A DNA stretch of 64,000 nt from Chiloscyllium plagiosum (taxonomy: Eukaryota): NCBI RefSeq assembly GCF_004010195.1, contig NC_057718.1, positions 71,023,790 to 71,087,789 of the forward strand. Reading direction: 5' to 3'. Positions 51,626 through 64,000 of this stretch are shown here, in pieces. Position 1 is the stretch's first letter. Every line of letters starts with the position of its first letter. A program made the translations under genes and the position numbers. The notes below the pieces were generated by a model. The model saw only the letters and a program-made list of their open reading frames with translations, ran no database searches and was not told where the DNA came from.

Positions 51626-51626
51626 A

Positions 51627-54050
51627 GGGCAAATAGCGGAAGCAGTAATGCAGTGAATTGAACAAACTGCCCTCTCATCTATCCAACCCAAACGTTGGAT
51701 CCGCTACGTAGATGACACCTTTGTCATCTCAAAACGGAACAAATTAGAAGAAACATACAACACCATCAGCAATATCCTGACAGGCACAAAATTTACAAAA
51801 GAGGAAGAAAAGACATCATACTCCCATTCCTAGACGTGACAGTTGAACGTACAGTTAACGAAGAGCTTCGAACCAGAGTCTACAGAAAAACAAGAAACAC
51901 GGAACAAATACTCAACTTCAAAAGCAATCATCCCAATACCCGCCAACAGAACTGCATCAAGACATTATTTCAATGAGCTACATCACACTGTAGCACCCAA
52001 AAACTACAAAAAGCAGAAGAAAAATATCCAAACAACATTTTCAAGAGTTACAAACCCAAACAAGCAGACACAATGCAACCAAAGACTATAGCCACATTAC
52101 CTTACATCAAAGACAGATCAAAAATGACTTCCAGACTACTCAAACACCTTGACATCATGATAGCCCACAAACCTACCAACACATAAACAGGGATCAATGA
52201 ACCTAAAGGATCCATTAGATACTACCAGCAAAACTAATGTCATTTACAAGATACCATGCAAGATGAATATTTTGCATCAGTATTTACTATGGAAAAGGAT
52301 ATGGAAGATATAGACTGAAGGGAAATAGATGGTGACATCTTGCAAAATGTCCAGATTACAGAGGAGAAAGTGCTGGATGTCTTGAAATAGTCAAAAGTGG
52401 ATAAACCCTCAGGAACTGATCAGGTGTACCCGAGAACTTTGTGGGAAGCTAGAGAAGTGATTGCTGGGCCTCTTGCTGAGATATTTGTATCATCGATAGT
52501 CACAGGTGAGATGCCAGAAGACTGGAGGTTGGCAAACGTGGTGACACTGTTTAAGGGCGGTAAAGACAAGCCAGGGAACTATAGACTGGTGAGCCTGACC
52601 TCAGTGGTGGGCAAGTTGTTGGAGGGAATCCTGAGGGACTGGATGTACATATATTTGGAAAAGCAAGGACTGATTCGGGATAGTCAACATGGCTTTGTGT
52701 GTGGGAAATCATGTCTCACAAACTTAATTGAGTTTTTTGAAGAAGTAACAAAGAAGATTGATGAGGGCAGAGCAGTAGATGTGATCTATATGGATGGGAT
52801 CTGGACCAGATGGGCCAATGGGCTGAGAAGTTGCAGATGGAGTTAAATTCAGATAAATGCGAGGTGCTGCATTTTGGGAAAGCAAATCTTAGCAGGACTT
52901 ATACACTTAATGGTAAGGTCCTAGGGAGTGTTCCTGAACAAACAGACCTTGGAGTGCAGGTTCATAGCTCCTTGAAAGTGGAGTCGCAGGTAGATAGGAT
53001 AGTGAAGGCAGCATTCGGTATGTTTCCTTTATTAGTCAGAGTACTGAGTACAGGAGTTGGGAGGTCATGTTGCAGCTGTACTGGACATTGGTAAGGCCGC
53101 TGTTGGAATATTGCATGCAATTCTGGTCTCCTTCCTATCGGAAAGATGTTGTGAAACTTGAAAGGGTTCAGAAAAGATGTACAAGGACGTTGCCAGGGTT
53201 GGAGGATCTGAGCTACAGGGAGAGGCTGATCAGGCTGGGGCTGTTTTCCCTGGAGCGTTGGAGACTGAGGGGTGACCTTATAGAGGTTTACAAAATTATG
53301 AGGGGCATGGATTGGATAATTAGACAAAGTCTTTTCCCTGGGGTTGGGGAGTTCCGAACTAGAGGGCATAGGTTTAGGGTGAGAGGGGAAAGATATAAAA
53401 GAGACCTAAGGGGCAACTTTTTCACGCAGAGGGTAGTACGTGTATGGAATGGGATGCCAGAGGAAGTGGTGGAGGCTGGTACAATTGCAACATTTAAGAG
53501 GCATTTGGATGGTGTATGAATAGGAAGTGTTTGGAGGGATAAGGGCTGGGTGCTGGCAGGTGGGACTAGATTGGGTTGAGATATCTGGTTGGCATGGATG
53601 GGTTGGAGCAAAGAGTCTGTTTCCATGCTGTACATCTCTATAACTCTATAACAAACTAGCAGGAAGCCTGCCACCAAGATACATGAACACCAGCTGGCCA
53701 CCAAAAGACATGATCCACTATCACTAGTTTCTATTCCTACAGACAAAGAAGGACACCACTTTGACTGGGACAACACACACAACCTAGGAGAGGCAAAACA
53801 AAGACATGCACGAGAATTCTTAGAGGCATGGCATTCTAACCAGAACTCCATCAATAAACACATTGATTTATATCCTATTTACCTTCCCTTGAAAAAGGTA
53901 CCAGAAATAACATCACCCACCTTAAGAAACCAAGACCTATAAATAGAGGGGTGGTTCACCAGAGACTCTCACTGATGATTTTACATTGTATGGCGACGAA
54001 CCATCTGAAAACAAACCTTCAAGCTCAGCGAGCTAACTTACATACTTCGT
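51627..54050 (+). mobile_element. Second Penelope family (Poseidon-like), split by the CR1 at 52263-53650
   Basis: DNA encodes PKRWIRYVDDTFVI, LPFLDV, NVIYKIPCK...QTSRK, REFLEAW; degenerate hammerhead ctgatga...gaa at 53972-54009. Confidence 0.85.
52263..53650 (+). mobile_element. CR1 LINE inserted into the GIY-YIG region of a Penelope element
   Basis: RT ORFs 52397-53519; tail ctctataactctata. Confidence 0.9.
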
Positions 54051-54275
54051 TTCTACAAACATATGAAATGAAAAAGAGTGGCTAAGGTAAACATTGGTCC
54101 TTTAGAGGATGAGAAAGGGGATTTAATAATGGGAACCAAGGAAATAGACGAGGTACTGAACAGGTATTTTCTGTCAGTCTTCACAGTGGAGGTCATGAAT
54201 AACATGCCAGTAATTGATAATAAGGAGACTACGGTAGGTGAGGACCTAGAAATGATGATTATCACAAAAAAATTT

Positions 54276-54487
54276 AAAATCACACAACACCAGGTTAGAG
54301 TGCTTCCAAATAAACACCAGGTTTATTTGGAAGCACTTGCCTTTGAAACGCTGTTCCTTCATCAGGTGGTTGAAGGAGATGCGCGTTGAAAGTTAGTCTT
54401 TCCAAATAAACCCGTTGGACTATAACCTGGTATTGTGAGATTTTTAACTTTGTCCATCCCAGTCCAACACCGGTATTTCCAAATCAT
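54276..54487. mobile_element. Third short fold-back element family, probably PLE-derived
   Basis: Inverted arms aaaatcacacaacaccaggtta / taacctggtattgtgagatttt, unpaired tail, TSD-like tatcacaa, ctgatgaagg on the minus strand at ~54365. Confidence 0.65.
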
Positions 54488-54777
54488 ATCACAATTAAAG
54501 GTAGTGTTGGGCAAGCTAATGGAGCTAAAGATAGACAAGTACACTGGCCCTGATGAAATGCATCCCAGGATACTAAAACAGATGGTGGGAGAGACAGCAA
54601 ACGCACTCACGGTAATTTTACAAAATTTGCTGGACTCAGGCAGTTCCAACAGTGTGGAAAACAGCAAATGTAACACAAATTTTATAAAAAAGGAGAGACA
54701 GTTAGCCTAACTTCTATAGTGGGAAATATGCTTGAATCTATCAAGAAAGAAATAGCAAGACATCTAGACAAAAATCA

Positions 54778-57690
54778 GGAGAAAGTGAGGACGGCAGATG
54801 CTGGAGATCAGAGTTGAAAAGTGCTGTGGTGGAAAAACACAGCAAGTCAGGCAGCCTATGAAGAGCAGGAGAATCGACTTCTTGGGCTTAAGCCGTCCAT
54901 CAGCAAACTGGGAGAGGGAGGAAGGGAAGGGGGCTGAGAGATAAATAGGAAGCTGGGGATGGAGCTGGGGGCAAGGTAGCTGGGAAAACAATAAGTAGAT
55001 GCAGGGGCACGTGATAGTGATAAGTCAGAGGGGAGGGTGGAGCAGCTAGGTGGGAATGAAGATGGTCAGGTGGGATAGTTCACGAAGGCAGTGTCGAATT
55101 GGAGGACTGGGATTTGGGATAAGGTGGGGGGAGAGAAAATGAGGAAACTGATGAAACTGACATTGATGCTCTGATGTTGGAGGGTCCCAAGGTAGATGAT
55201 GAGGCGTTCTTCCTCCAAGCATCGGCTGGCTTGGATTTGGCAGTGGAGGTGCCCTTGGCTGAGTGGGAGGGTGAGTTGAAGTGGTCAACCACAGACCAGT
55301 AGGGTTGTTTGGTGCATGTCTCTCAGAGATGTTCCCTGGGACTTTCAGCGAATTGGCATCCTGTCTCCCCAATGTAAAGGAGGCCACATCGAGAGCAACG
55401 GACAGGGTAGGTGAGGTGTTTGGAGGTGCAGGAAAATCTCTGCTGGATGTGGAAGGATCCTTTCGGGCCTTGGATGGAGGTGGGAGGGGCGGGGGAACAA
55501 AGAGTTTGAATGCAGGTTTTAACACCACTTGCGGCAGCAAAGGATGGTGCCAGGAGTGGAGGGTGGTTTGGTGAGGGAGCGTGGACCTAAAGAGGGAATC
55601 GCGGAGGGAATGGTCTCTGTGGAATGCCAATAGGAGTGGGGAGGGAAATATATCTCTGGTGATGGGGTCTGATTGGAGCTGGTGGAAATGGCAGAGGATA
55701 ATGCACTGTATCTGTAGATTGGTGGAGTGAAAGGTGAGAACCAACGGGGTGGGGTGGGGGTCTATCCTTGTTCTGGTTGGACGGATGGGGTTCAAGAGTG
55801 GAGGTGCAAGAAATGGAGGAGGTGTGCTGCAGGGCATTGTTGATCACACACAAGGTGCAATTACAGTCCTTGAAATAGGAGGCCATCTGGGATGTCCTGG
55901 AGTGGAATTGCTCCTCCTGGGAGCAGATTCAGTGGAGCCGGAGGAATTGGGAATAAGGGATAGCATTTTTACAGGAGGGGACGCTGGGAGGAGATATAGT
56001 CCAGGTAGCTATGGGAGTTTGAAGTAGATGTCTCTTCTGAGTTAGTCGGTGGAGATGGAGAGGACCAGGAAGGAGAGTGAGAAGTCAGAGATCGTCCAGG
56101 TAAACTTGAGGTCAGGGTGGAAGGTATTCATGAAGTTGATGAACTGTGAAAGCTCCTCATGAGAGCGCAAGGTGGCGCCGATATAGTCATTGATGAGGCA
56201 GAGAAAAAGGTAGAGAATTGTGTCAGTGTAACTGCGGAAGATGGACTGATCCATATATCTGACAAGAGGCAGACATAGCTGGGGCGCGTGCGGGTGCCCA
56301 TGGCTACCCCTTTGGCCTGGAGGAAGTGGGACAATTCGAAGGAGAAGTTGTTGAGGATGAGGACCAGTTAGGTCAGTGGGAAAGGAAGGAAGGAACGGAG
56401 AGCTTGGAAGCCTTCGCCATGGTAGATGGATGTGTACAGAGACTGGATGTCCATGTTAAAGATGAGGTGTGGGGGTGGTGGGGGTTATGGGTGAGTGGGG
56501 AATGGGTGCAGGGAAACAAAAGTCATGGAGGAGGTGGAGGCCATAAGTCGTGCCTGAATGTATATGGGGAGTCCCTGAATCGAGAGGAAAAGGACTATGT
56601 CAACGTATGAAGTAATAAGGTTTGCTGGGGCAGGAGAGGCAGAGATGATGGTTCAACCAGGGTAGTCAGGTTCGTGAATGTCCCAGATGGCCAACTATTT
56701 CAAGGACCGCAATTTTCCTCCCACGTGGTCAACAATACCCTCCAGCGCATCTCTACTTCCTGCATCTCCGCACATGAACTCCATCACTCCAACCACAATA
56801 ACCCCCCTGGTCCTCATTTTCCACGCTACTCATCTCCAGATACAGTGTATTGTCCTCCACATTTCTGCCATTTACAATCAGACCCCACCACCAGAGATAC
56901 ATTTCCCTCCCCACCCCGATCAGAATTCCGCAGATACCATCTCCACCACGACTTCCTTGTTAGGTCCATGCTCCCCCACCAACCCACCCTTCACTCCTGG
57001 TACCTTCCCCTTCCACCGCAACAGGTATAAAACCTATGCCCACACCTCCCCTCTCACCTCCATCCTAGGGCCCAGAGGATCCTTTCACATCCAGCAGAGA
57101 TTTTCCTGCACATCCAAAAATCTCATCTATGTGTCCGTTGCTCTTGATGTGGTCTCCTCTACACTGAGGAGACAGGAAGCCAACTCGTGGAACATTTTAG
57201 AGAACAACCCTGGGTCACATGCACCAAACAACCTCACTGCCTTGTGGCTGACCACTTCAATTATCCCTCCCACTCAGCCAAGGACATGCAAGTCCCAGGT
57301 CTCCTCCACCGCCAAATCCTCACCACCCGACACCTGGAGGAAGAATGCCTCATCTTCTGCCTTGGGACCCTCCAACCATATGGAATCAACATCGATTTCA
57401 CCAGTTTCCTCATCTCCTCTCCCCACTCCTTATCCCCAACTCGGCATCACCCTCTTGAACTGCCCCACTTGTCCATCTTCCTTCCCACCTATCCACTCCA
57501 CCCTTTGCTCCGACCTACCACCATCACACCCCCTCACCTGCATTTCCCTATCGCCTTCTAAGCTACCTTCCCCGGGCTCACACTCCCTTCCTGTTTATCT
57601 CTCAGATCCCTTACCTCCCCACATCCCTGATGAAGGGCATATGCCCAAACGTCAACTCTCCTGCCCTTTGGATGTTGCCTGACCTGCTGA
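54778..57690. mobile_element. Large PLE fold-back: minus arm 54778-~56672 (RT plus GIY-YIG), plus arm ~56675-57690
   Basis: FLQAKGVAMGT RT motif, FHPDLKFTWTIS; the arms are inverted homologues; hammerhead-like ctgatgaagggcatatgccc at 57627. Confidence 0.9.
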
Positions 57691-57885
57691 CATTGGGGAG
57701 ACTGGACGCCTCCTAGCAGAGCCTGTAGGGAACATCTCTGGGACACCCGCACCAATCAGTCACACCGCCCTGTGGCCCAACATTTCAACTCCCCCTCCCA
57801 CTCAGCCGAGGACATGGAGGTCCTGGGCCTCCTTCACCGCCACTCCCTCACCACCCGACGCCTGGAGGAAGAACGCCTCATCTTC

Positions 57886-59697
57886 TATAGAACATAGAAC
57901 ATTACAGTGCAGTACAGGCCCTTCGGCCCTCGATGTTGCGCCGACCTGTCATACCAATCTGAAACCCATCTAACCCACACTATTCCATGTACGTCCATAT
58001 GTTTGTCCAATGACGACTTAAATGTACTTAAAGTTGGCGAATCTACTACCGTTGCAGGCAAAGTATTCCATACCCTTACTACTCTCTGAGTAAAGAAACT
58101 TCCTCTGACATCTGTCCTNNNNNNNNNNNNNNNNNNNNNNNNNNNNNNNNNNNNNNNNNNNNNNNNNNNNNNNNNNNNNNNNNNNNNNNNNNNNNNNNNN
58201 NNNNNNNNNNNNNNNNNNNNNNNNNNNNNNNNNNNNNNNTTAACAACCCTGTCAACCTGGGTGGCAACTTTCAAGGATCTGTGTATTTGGACACTGAGAT
58301 CTCTCTGCTCATCTACACTACCAAGAATCTTACCATTAGCCCAGTACTTTGCATTCCGGTTACTCCGACCAAAGTGAATTACCTCACACTTGTCCACATT
58401 AAACTCCATTTGCCACCTCCCAGCCCAGCTCTGTAGCTTATCTATGTCTCTCTGTAACCTACTACATCCTTCATCACTATCCACAACTCCACCGAACTTA
58501 GTGTCATCTGCGAATTTAAAAACCCACCCTTCTACGCCCTCATCCAAGTCGTTTATAAAAATGATAAACAGCAGTGGACCCAACTCCGACCCTTGCGGTA
58601 CACCCCTGGTAACTGGACTCCAGGATGAACATTTCCCATCAACCACCACTTTCTTCTTTCAACAAGCCAATTACTGATCCAAACTGCTATATCTCCCACA
58701 ATCCCATTCCTCCGCATTTTGTACAATAGCCTACTGTGGGGAACTTTATTGAATGCCTTGCTGAAATCCATATACGCCACATCAACCGGCTTATTCTCAT
58801 CTACCTGTATGGTCACCTTCTCAAAGAATTCAATAAGGTTTGTGAGGCATGACCTACCCTTCATAAAACCGTCCTGACTATCCCTAATCAAATTATTCTT
58901 TTCTAGACAATTATAAATCCCATCTCTTATAACTTTTCCATCACTTTACCAACAAATGAAGTAAGGCTCACTGGTCTATAATTACCAGGGTTGTCTCTAC
59001 TCCGCTTCTTGAACAGGGGAACCACATTTGCTATCCTCCAGTCTTCTGGCACTATTCCTGTAGACAATGACGATTTAAAGATCAATGCCAAAGGCTCAGC
59101 AATCTCCTCCCTGGCTTCCCAGAGGATCCTAGGATAAATCCCATCCGGCCCAGGGGACTTATCTATTTTCACACTCTGCAGGATTTCCAATACCTCTTCC
59201 TTGTGAACCTCAATCACACCGAGTCTAGTAGCCTGTATCTCAGTAATCCCCTTGACAACATTGTTGTTTTCTAAAGTGAATACTGTTGAAAAATACTCAT
59301 TTAGTGCTTCCCCTATCTCCTCTGACTCCACACACAACTTCCCACTACTATCCTTGATTGGCCCTAATCTTACTCTTGTCATTCTTTTATTCCTTAAATA
59401 CCTATAGAAAGCCTTAGGATTTATCCTGATCCTATCCGCCAACAACTTCTCATGTCTCCTCCTGGCTCTTCTGAGCTCTCTCTTTAGGTCTTTCCTGGCT
59501 ACCTTGTAACCCTCAAGCACCCTAACTGAGCCTTCACATCTCATCCTAACATAAGCCTTCTTCTTCCTCTTGACCAGAGATTCCATTTCCTTCGTAAACC
59601 ACAGCTCCTACGCTCTACAGCTTCCTCCCTGCCTGACAGGTACATACTTATCTAGGACAGAAAGTAGCTTTTCCGTGAATAAGCTCCACATTTCTAA
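57886..59697 (-). mobile_element. CR1 LINE inserted in a PLE fragment (57690-57885 resumes at 59698-60080)
   Basis: [32 protein letters not shown]; catagaa tail. Confidence 0.9.
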
Positions 59698-60080
59698 TTC
59701 TTCTGCCTTGGAACACTTCAACCCCAGGGCATCAATGTGGATTTCACCAGTTTCCTCATTTCCCCTTCCCACACCTCACCCCAGATATGAACTTCCAGCT
59801 CAGCACTGTCCCCATGACTTGTCCTACCTGCCTATCTTCCTTTCCACCTATCCACTTCACCCTCCTCTCTAACCTATCACCTGCATCCCCACCCCCATTC
59901 AGCTATTGTACTCTATGCTACTTCCTCCCCACCCCCACCCTCTTCTCATTTATCTCTCTACCCTGCAGGCACTCTGCCTCTAATCCTGATGAAGGGCTTT
60001 TGCCCGAAATGTTGATTTTCCTGCTCCTCGTATGCTGCCTGAACTGCTGAGCTCTGCCAGCACCACTCTAATCTAGAATC

Positions 60081-63000
60081 TTACAATTTACATGGATGAT
60101 TTGGAGTTGGGGATCATGCGTAGTGTGTCAAAGTAGGCAAATGACATTAAAATGAATGGTAGAGCAAAGTGTGCAGAGGACCCAAAGTTTGGACAGGGAT
60201 ATAGATAGTTTAAGTGAGTGGGCAAAGGTCTGGTAGATGGAGTACAATGTTGATAAATGTGAAGTAGGAATAACAGTAAAAAGAACTATTATTTGAATGG
60301 TAAAAAAAATCATAGCATGTTGCTTTGCAGAGGGACCTGAGAGTCCTTGTGCATGGTTTGCAGGTGCAACAGGTAATTAAGAAGGCAAATGGAATTTTGT
60401 CCTTCATTGCTAGAGGGATTGAGTTTAAAAGTAGGAAGGTTATGTTGGAGCTGTACAGGGTGCTGGTCAGCTCACACCTGGAGTACTGCATGCAGTTTAG
60501 GTCTCATTTCTAGAGATAAGATGTACTGGCAGTGGAGGGCATGCAGAGGAGATTCACTCGGTTGATTTCAGAGTTGAAAGGATTAGCTTATGAGGAGAGA
60601 CTGATAAATTCGGATTACATTCATTGGAAATTTAGAAGAATGGGAGGGGGTTGGAGATCTTATAGAAACATATAAAATTTTGAAGAGAATAGATAAGATA
60701 GCAGAAGGGAGGCAGATGTTGCTGGCGGGTAAAACTAGAACAAGCAGTCAGAGCCTCAAAATTACAGGGAGCAGATTTAGGACTGAATTGAAGAATTTCT
60801 TCACCCAAAGGGTTGTGTATCTAGGATTTCCTCCTATTTGAAGTAGTTGAGGCTTTCTCATTGATTGTTTTTAAAGCTAAGGTAGATCATTTTTTGAACA
60901 GTAAAGGAATTAAGGGTTCTGTTGAGAGGGTGGGTAAATGGAGCTGAGGCCATGAAAATATCAGCCATGATATTATTGAATGGCAGTGTGGGCTCAAAGG
61001 GCCAGGTGGCCAACTCTTGCTCCTGGTTCTTATGTAAGAAGGATTGAGAGGTTCTTGAGAAGTTTGACAGAGGGAGTGTGTCACAGGGAGTCACAACAGG
61101 TATTGGAGATTTTGGTGGGCTTAAATCCTCTGGGCTGGATGAGTTATATCCCAGACTGCTGTGCGTGGCCAGGGAGGTAACTAGAGGGGCTCTGACCCAA
61201 ATTTTCCATTCGTCTCCGGCCACAGGGGAGGTGCCAGAGGTATAGATGACAGCTAACATACTTCCACTTTTCAAGCAGGGTTGTAGAGATAAACCAGGGA
61301 GTCACAGGCCAACAAGTTGCACATCAGTGGTAGAGAAACTATCGGAGAAAATTCTGAAGGAAAGAATTTACCTCCATTTGGAGGGGTAAGGTTTGATCAA
61401 AGATAGTCAGCATGCTTTGTCAGGGTGAGGTCATGCCTAACAAATGTGATTCAATTCTTTGAGAAGGTGACCAAGTGCACAAATAAGAGTACTGCAGTAG
61501 ATATAGTTTTTATGGACTTCAACAAAACATTTGATAAAGTCCCAATGGGAGATGGATAAAGAAGGTAAAAGCTCATGGGATCCAGGGTAAGATGCCAAAT
61601 TATTTCCAAAATTTGTTTAGTGGTAAGAGACAGAGAGTAGTAGCAGAAAGCTGTTTGTGAGAATGGAAGCCAGCGGTGTACCACAAAGATCAATGTTGAT
61701 AAATGATATAGAAGTAAATGTTGGGGAGTTACGTAAGTTTACAAATAATGCGAAGACAGGCCGGGTTGTTAACAATGACAAAGAAGGTCTTGTGTTACAG
61801 GAAGATAGACTCAGATTGTTCAGATGGGCAGATCTGTAATAGATGGAATTTAACTCCAATGAGTGTGAGGTAATGCATTATGCAAGTAGTAACAAGACAA
61901 GAGGATACTCAATAAATAATAGATCACTAAAAAGCTCAGAGGAAGAGAGGGATCTTGGGTTGCTTGTCCACGGATCGCTCAAGGCTGCAGGACAGGTTAA
62001 TAGGTAGTAAAGGTGACATATGGGATTCTTTAGCAGTCGCTGCAAAGATTAAAAGAATGGGAACGGTCCGTTGGAGTTGTATAGCACTTTGGTTAGGCCA
62101 CAAATGGAGTAGTGTGTGCAGTTCTGGTCACTGCACTATAGGAAGGATGTGATTACACTGGAGGGGACGCAGAGGAGATTCTCCGGATGTTCCCTGGGAT
62201 GGATCAGTTTAGATATGGAAAGAGATTGATAAGCTCGAGTTGTTTCCTTTGGTGTAGAGAAGGGTAAGAAAGGATCTGAGTAAAGTGCAGAAGATTTGAG
62301 GGCACGGACAGGGTGGATAGAAAACAGCAGTTCCCTTTAGTTGAAGGGTCAATAACAAAGGGCAAAATATTAAGGTGAAAGGCAGAAAGTTTAGAACATA
62401 GAACAATACAGCGTAGAACAGGCCCTTCAATGTTGTGCCAACCTGTGAACTATTCTAAGCTCATCCCCCTACACTATCCCACCATCATCCATGTGCTTAT
62501 ACAAGGATTGTTTAAATCTTCCTAATGTGGCTGAGTTAACTACATTGGCAGGTAGGGCATTGCACACACTTACCGTTCTCGAGTCAAGAACCTGCCTCCG
62601 TCATCTGACTTAAACCTATCACCTCTCAATTTGCAGTTTTGCCCCCTAGTACAAGTTGACGTAATCATCCACGGAAAAAGACTTTTACTGTCAACCCTAT
62701 CTAATCCTCTGATCATCTTCTATGTCTCTACCAAATCCCCTCCTAGTCTTTTTATTTCCAATGAGAACAGACCCAAGTCTCTCAGCCTTTCCTCATAAGA
62801 GTTTCCAACCAGACCAGGTAACATCCTGGTAAATCTCCTCTGCACCTTTTTCAATGCTTCCACAACCTTCCTGTAATAGTCCAACCAGAACTGCACACGA
62901 TACTAAAGGGATTTGAGGATTTTTTCCCACCTAGAGGATGGTGTGAATCTGGAATGAACTTCACTGGAGTGATGTGGGAAACTTCATGACCTTTGAAAAG

Positions 63001-63136
63001 TGCTTGGATGAGCACTTGAAATGTCATAAGACTATGGGCCAGGCTCTGAAAAGTGGGACTAAAGCAGATTTAGAGTAGTTTTTTTTTATCCGTGCTGATT
63101 TAATGGGCTTACTACTGTACTGTATGATTCTATGAT
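60081..63136. mobile_element. Two old plus-strand CR1 copies, the second with a nested minus-strand CR1 3' end (~62392-62905)
   Basis: HLEYCMQF, decayed RT motifs, CR1 tails. Confidence 0.8.
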
Positions 63137-63760
63137 GCAAAACTGGTCTTCTATTGATAGTTGACAAAAGCAGTTCACTGGCACTAAAATTTTAGCCCAA
63201 ACAGCTATGGTGCCAGCTTTGTGATATCAATGCCATTCTGCAAAGACTAAAACAGATGTTATACAACATCATATCTACAGAATATAATCACTCTACCATT
63301 CATGTATGAAAGTTTCATCGTATGAAATATAGATTGAAAATGAAAATTTGATAAAATTCCAACTTTAGCAGCTTGAAATTAGCCTTTTTTATTCCCAAAT
63401 AGTGCTCAGACAATTTCTTGTCAACTTTCAGAGATTGCAAGTGTGGAGACACTGATCAGTGGACATTTCCATTGCATCATTCCCAGATAATTGAAAAATG
63501 TGACTGCAGGACCCAAGTTCATCAGTTTGTAAACCGATGTGCCTTTAATTCTGCCCTGGCAAACTCAACCTAAAATTACAAAAGCAATTTTAATACATCT
63601 AGTGAATAGGTAGGTTTTAAATTGTATTACTCAATATAAAACTTACTAACATTTATTATTATAAAGTATACTCTGTGATAGTCACAATGTATTATAATCA
63701 TATTACTATAATGTGATCAGCATTACATTTCTGAGCTTTTAAGAACCCAGAATGTGTCAC

Positions 63761-63818
63761 CTGGAAGTTGCTTGTGTCCACTCTGTACTGATATGATGGG
63801 TCGTGTAATTCGTTAACT
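63761..63818 (-). CDS. TMEM181: TMEM181 internal coding exon (VNELHDPSYQYRVDTSNFQ); upstream exons lie beyond the window
   Basis: Minus strand reads ttttcAG|agttaac...ttccag|GTgaca; 58 nt, phase 2 to 0. Peptide matches the vertebrate TMEM181 segment that precedes GMKVFF. Confidence 0.9.
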
Positions 63819-64000
63819 CTGAAAAAGGAGAATTTAAAATAAGCGAAAAAAGCTGAAAGTATTGGAAATAAAAATGAACCAAAAAAACTTTAAGGAGGCC
63901 AGCATCTCGAAACAGAAAAGATGAGTCTAATAACTTGGATATATAAGTTCCATCAACATTCTGATGTTGATTATTTCAAAAGAAATAGAGTTAATTCTAA

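Overview
Eukaryotic, repeat-dense vertebrate genomic DNA, almost certainly a cartilaginous fish (shark): it is dominated by CR1-clade LINEs (HER1-like) and tRNA-derived HE1-like SINEs. It is a draft scaffold with several N gaps. The only host gene I can support is the 3' half of TMEM181 on the minus strand: 7 coding exons from 63818 down to the stop at 20282, which splice in frame. One of its introns (37338-38211) is a U12-type AT-AC minor intron. Downstream of the gene lies a decayed Gypsy LTR retrotransposon (about 3724-11930, minus) carrying nested insertions. A Tx1-clade LINE (1-2539, minus), headed by about 5.2 near-identical 228-bp monomers, abuts one of its LTRs. At least three families of Penelope-like (PLE) or PLE-type elements occur. 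Many carry minimal hammerhead-ribozyme motifs and repeatedly insert as asymmetric fold-back (hairpin) structures, including ~215-bp non-coding palindromes with 12-14 bp target-site duplications. Several Tigger/pogo-like MITEs are also present. Exon coordinates are exact by manual reading. Transposon boundaries are approximate unless a TSD is quoted.
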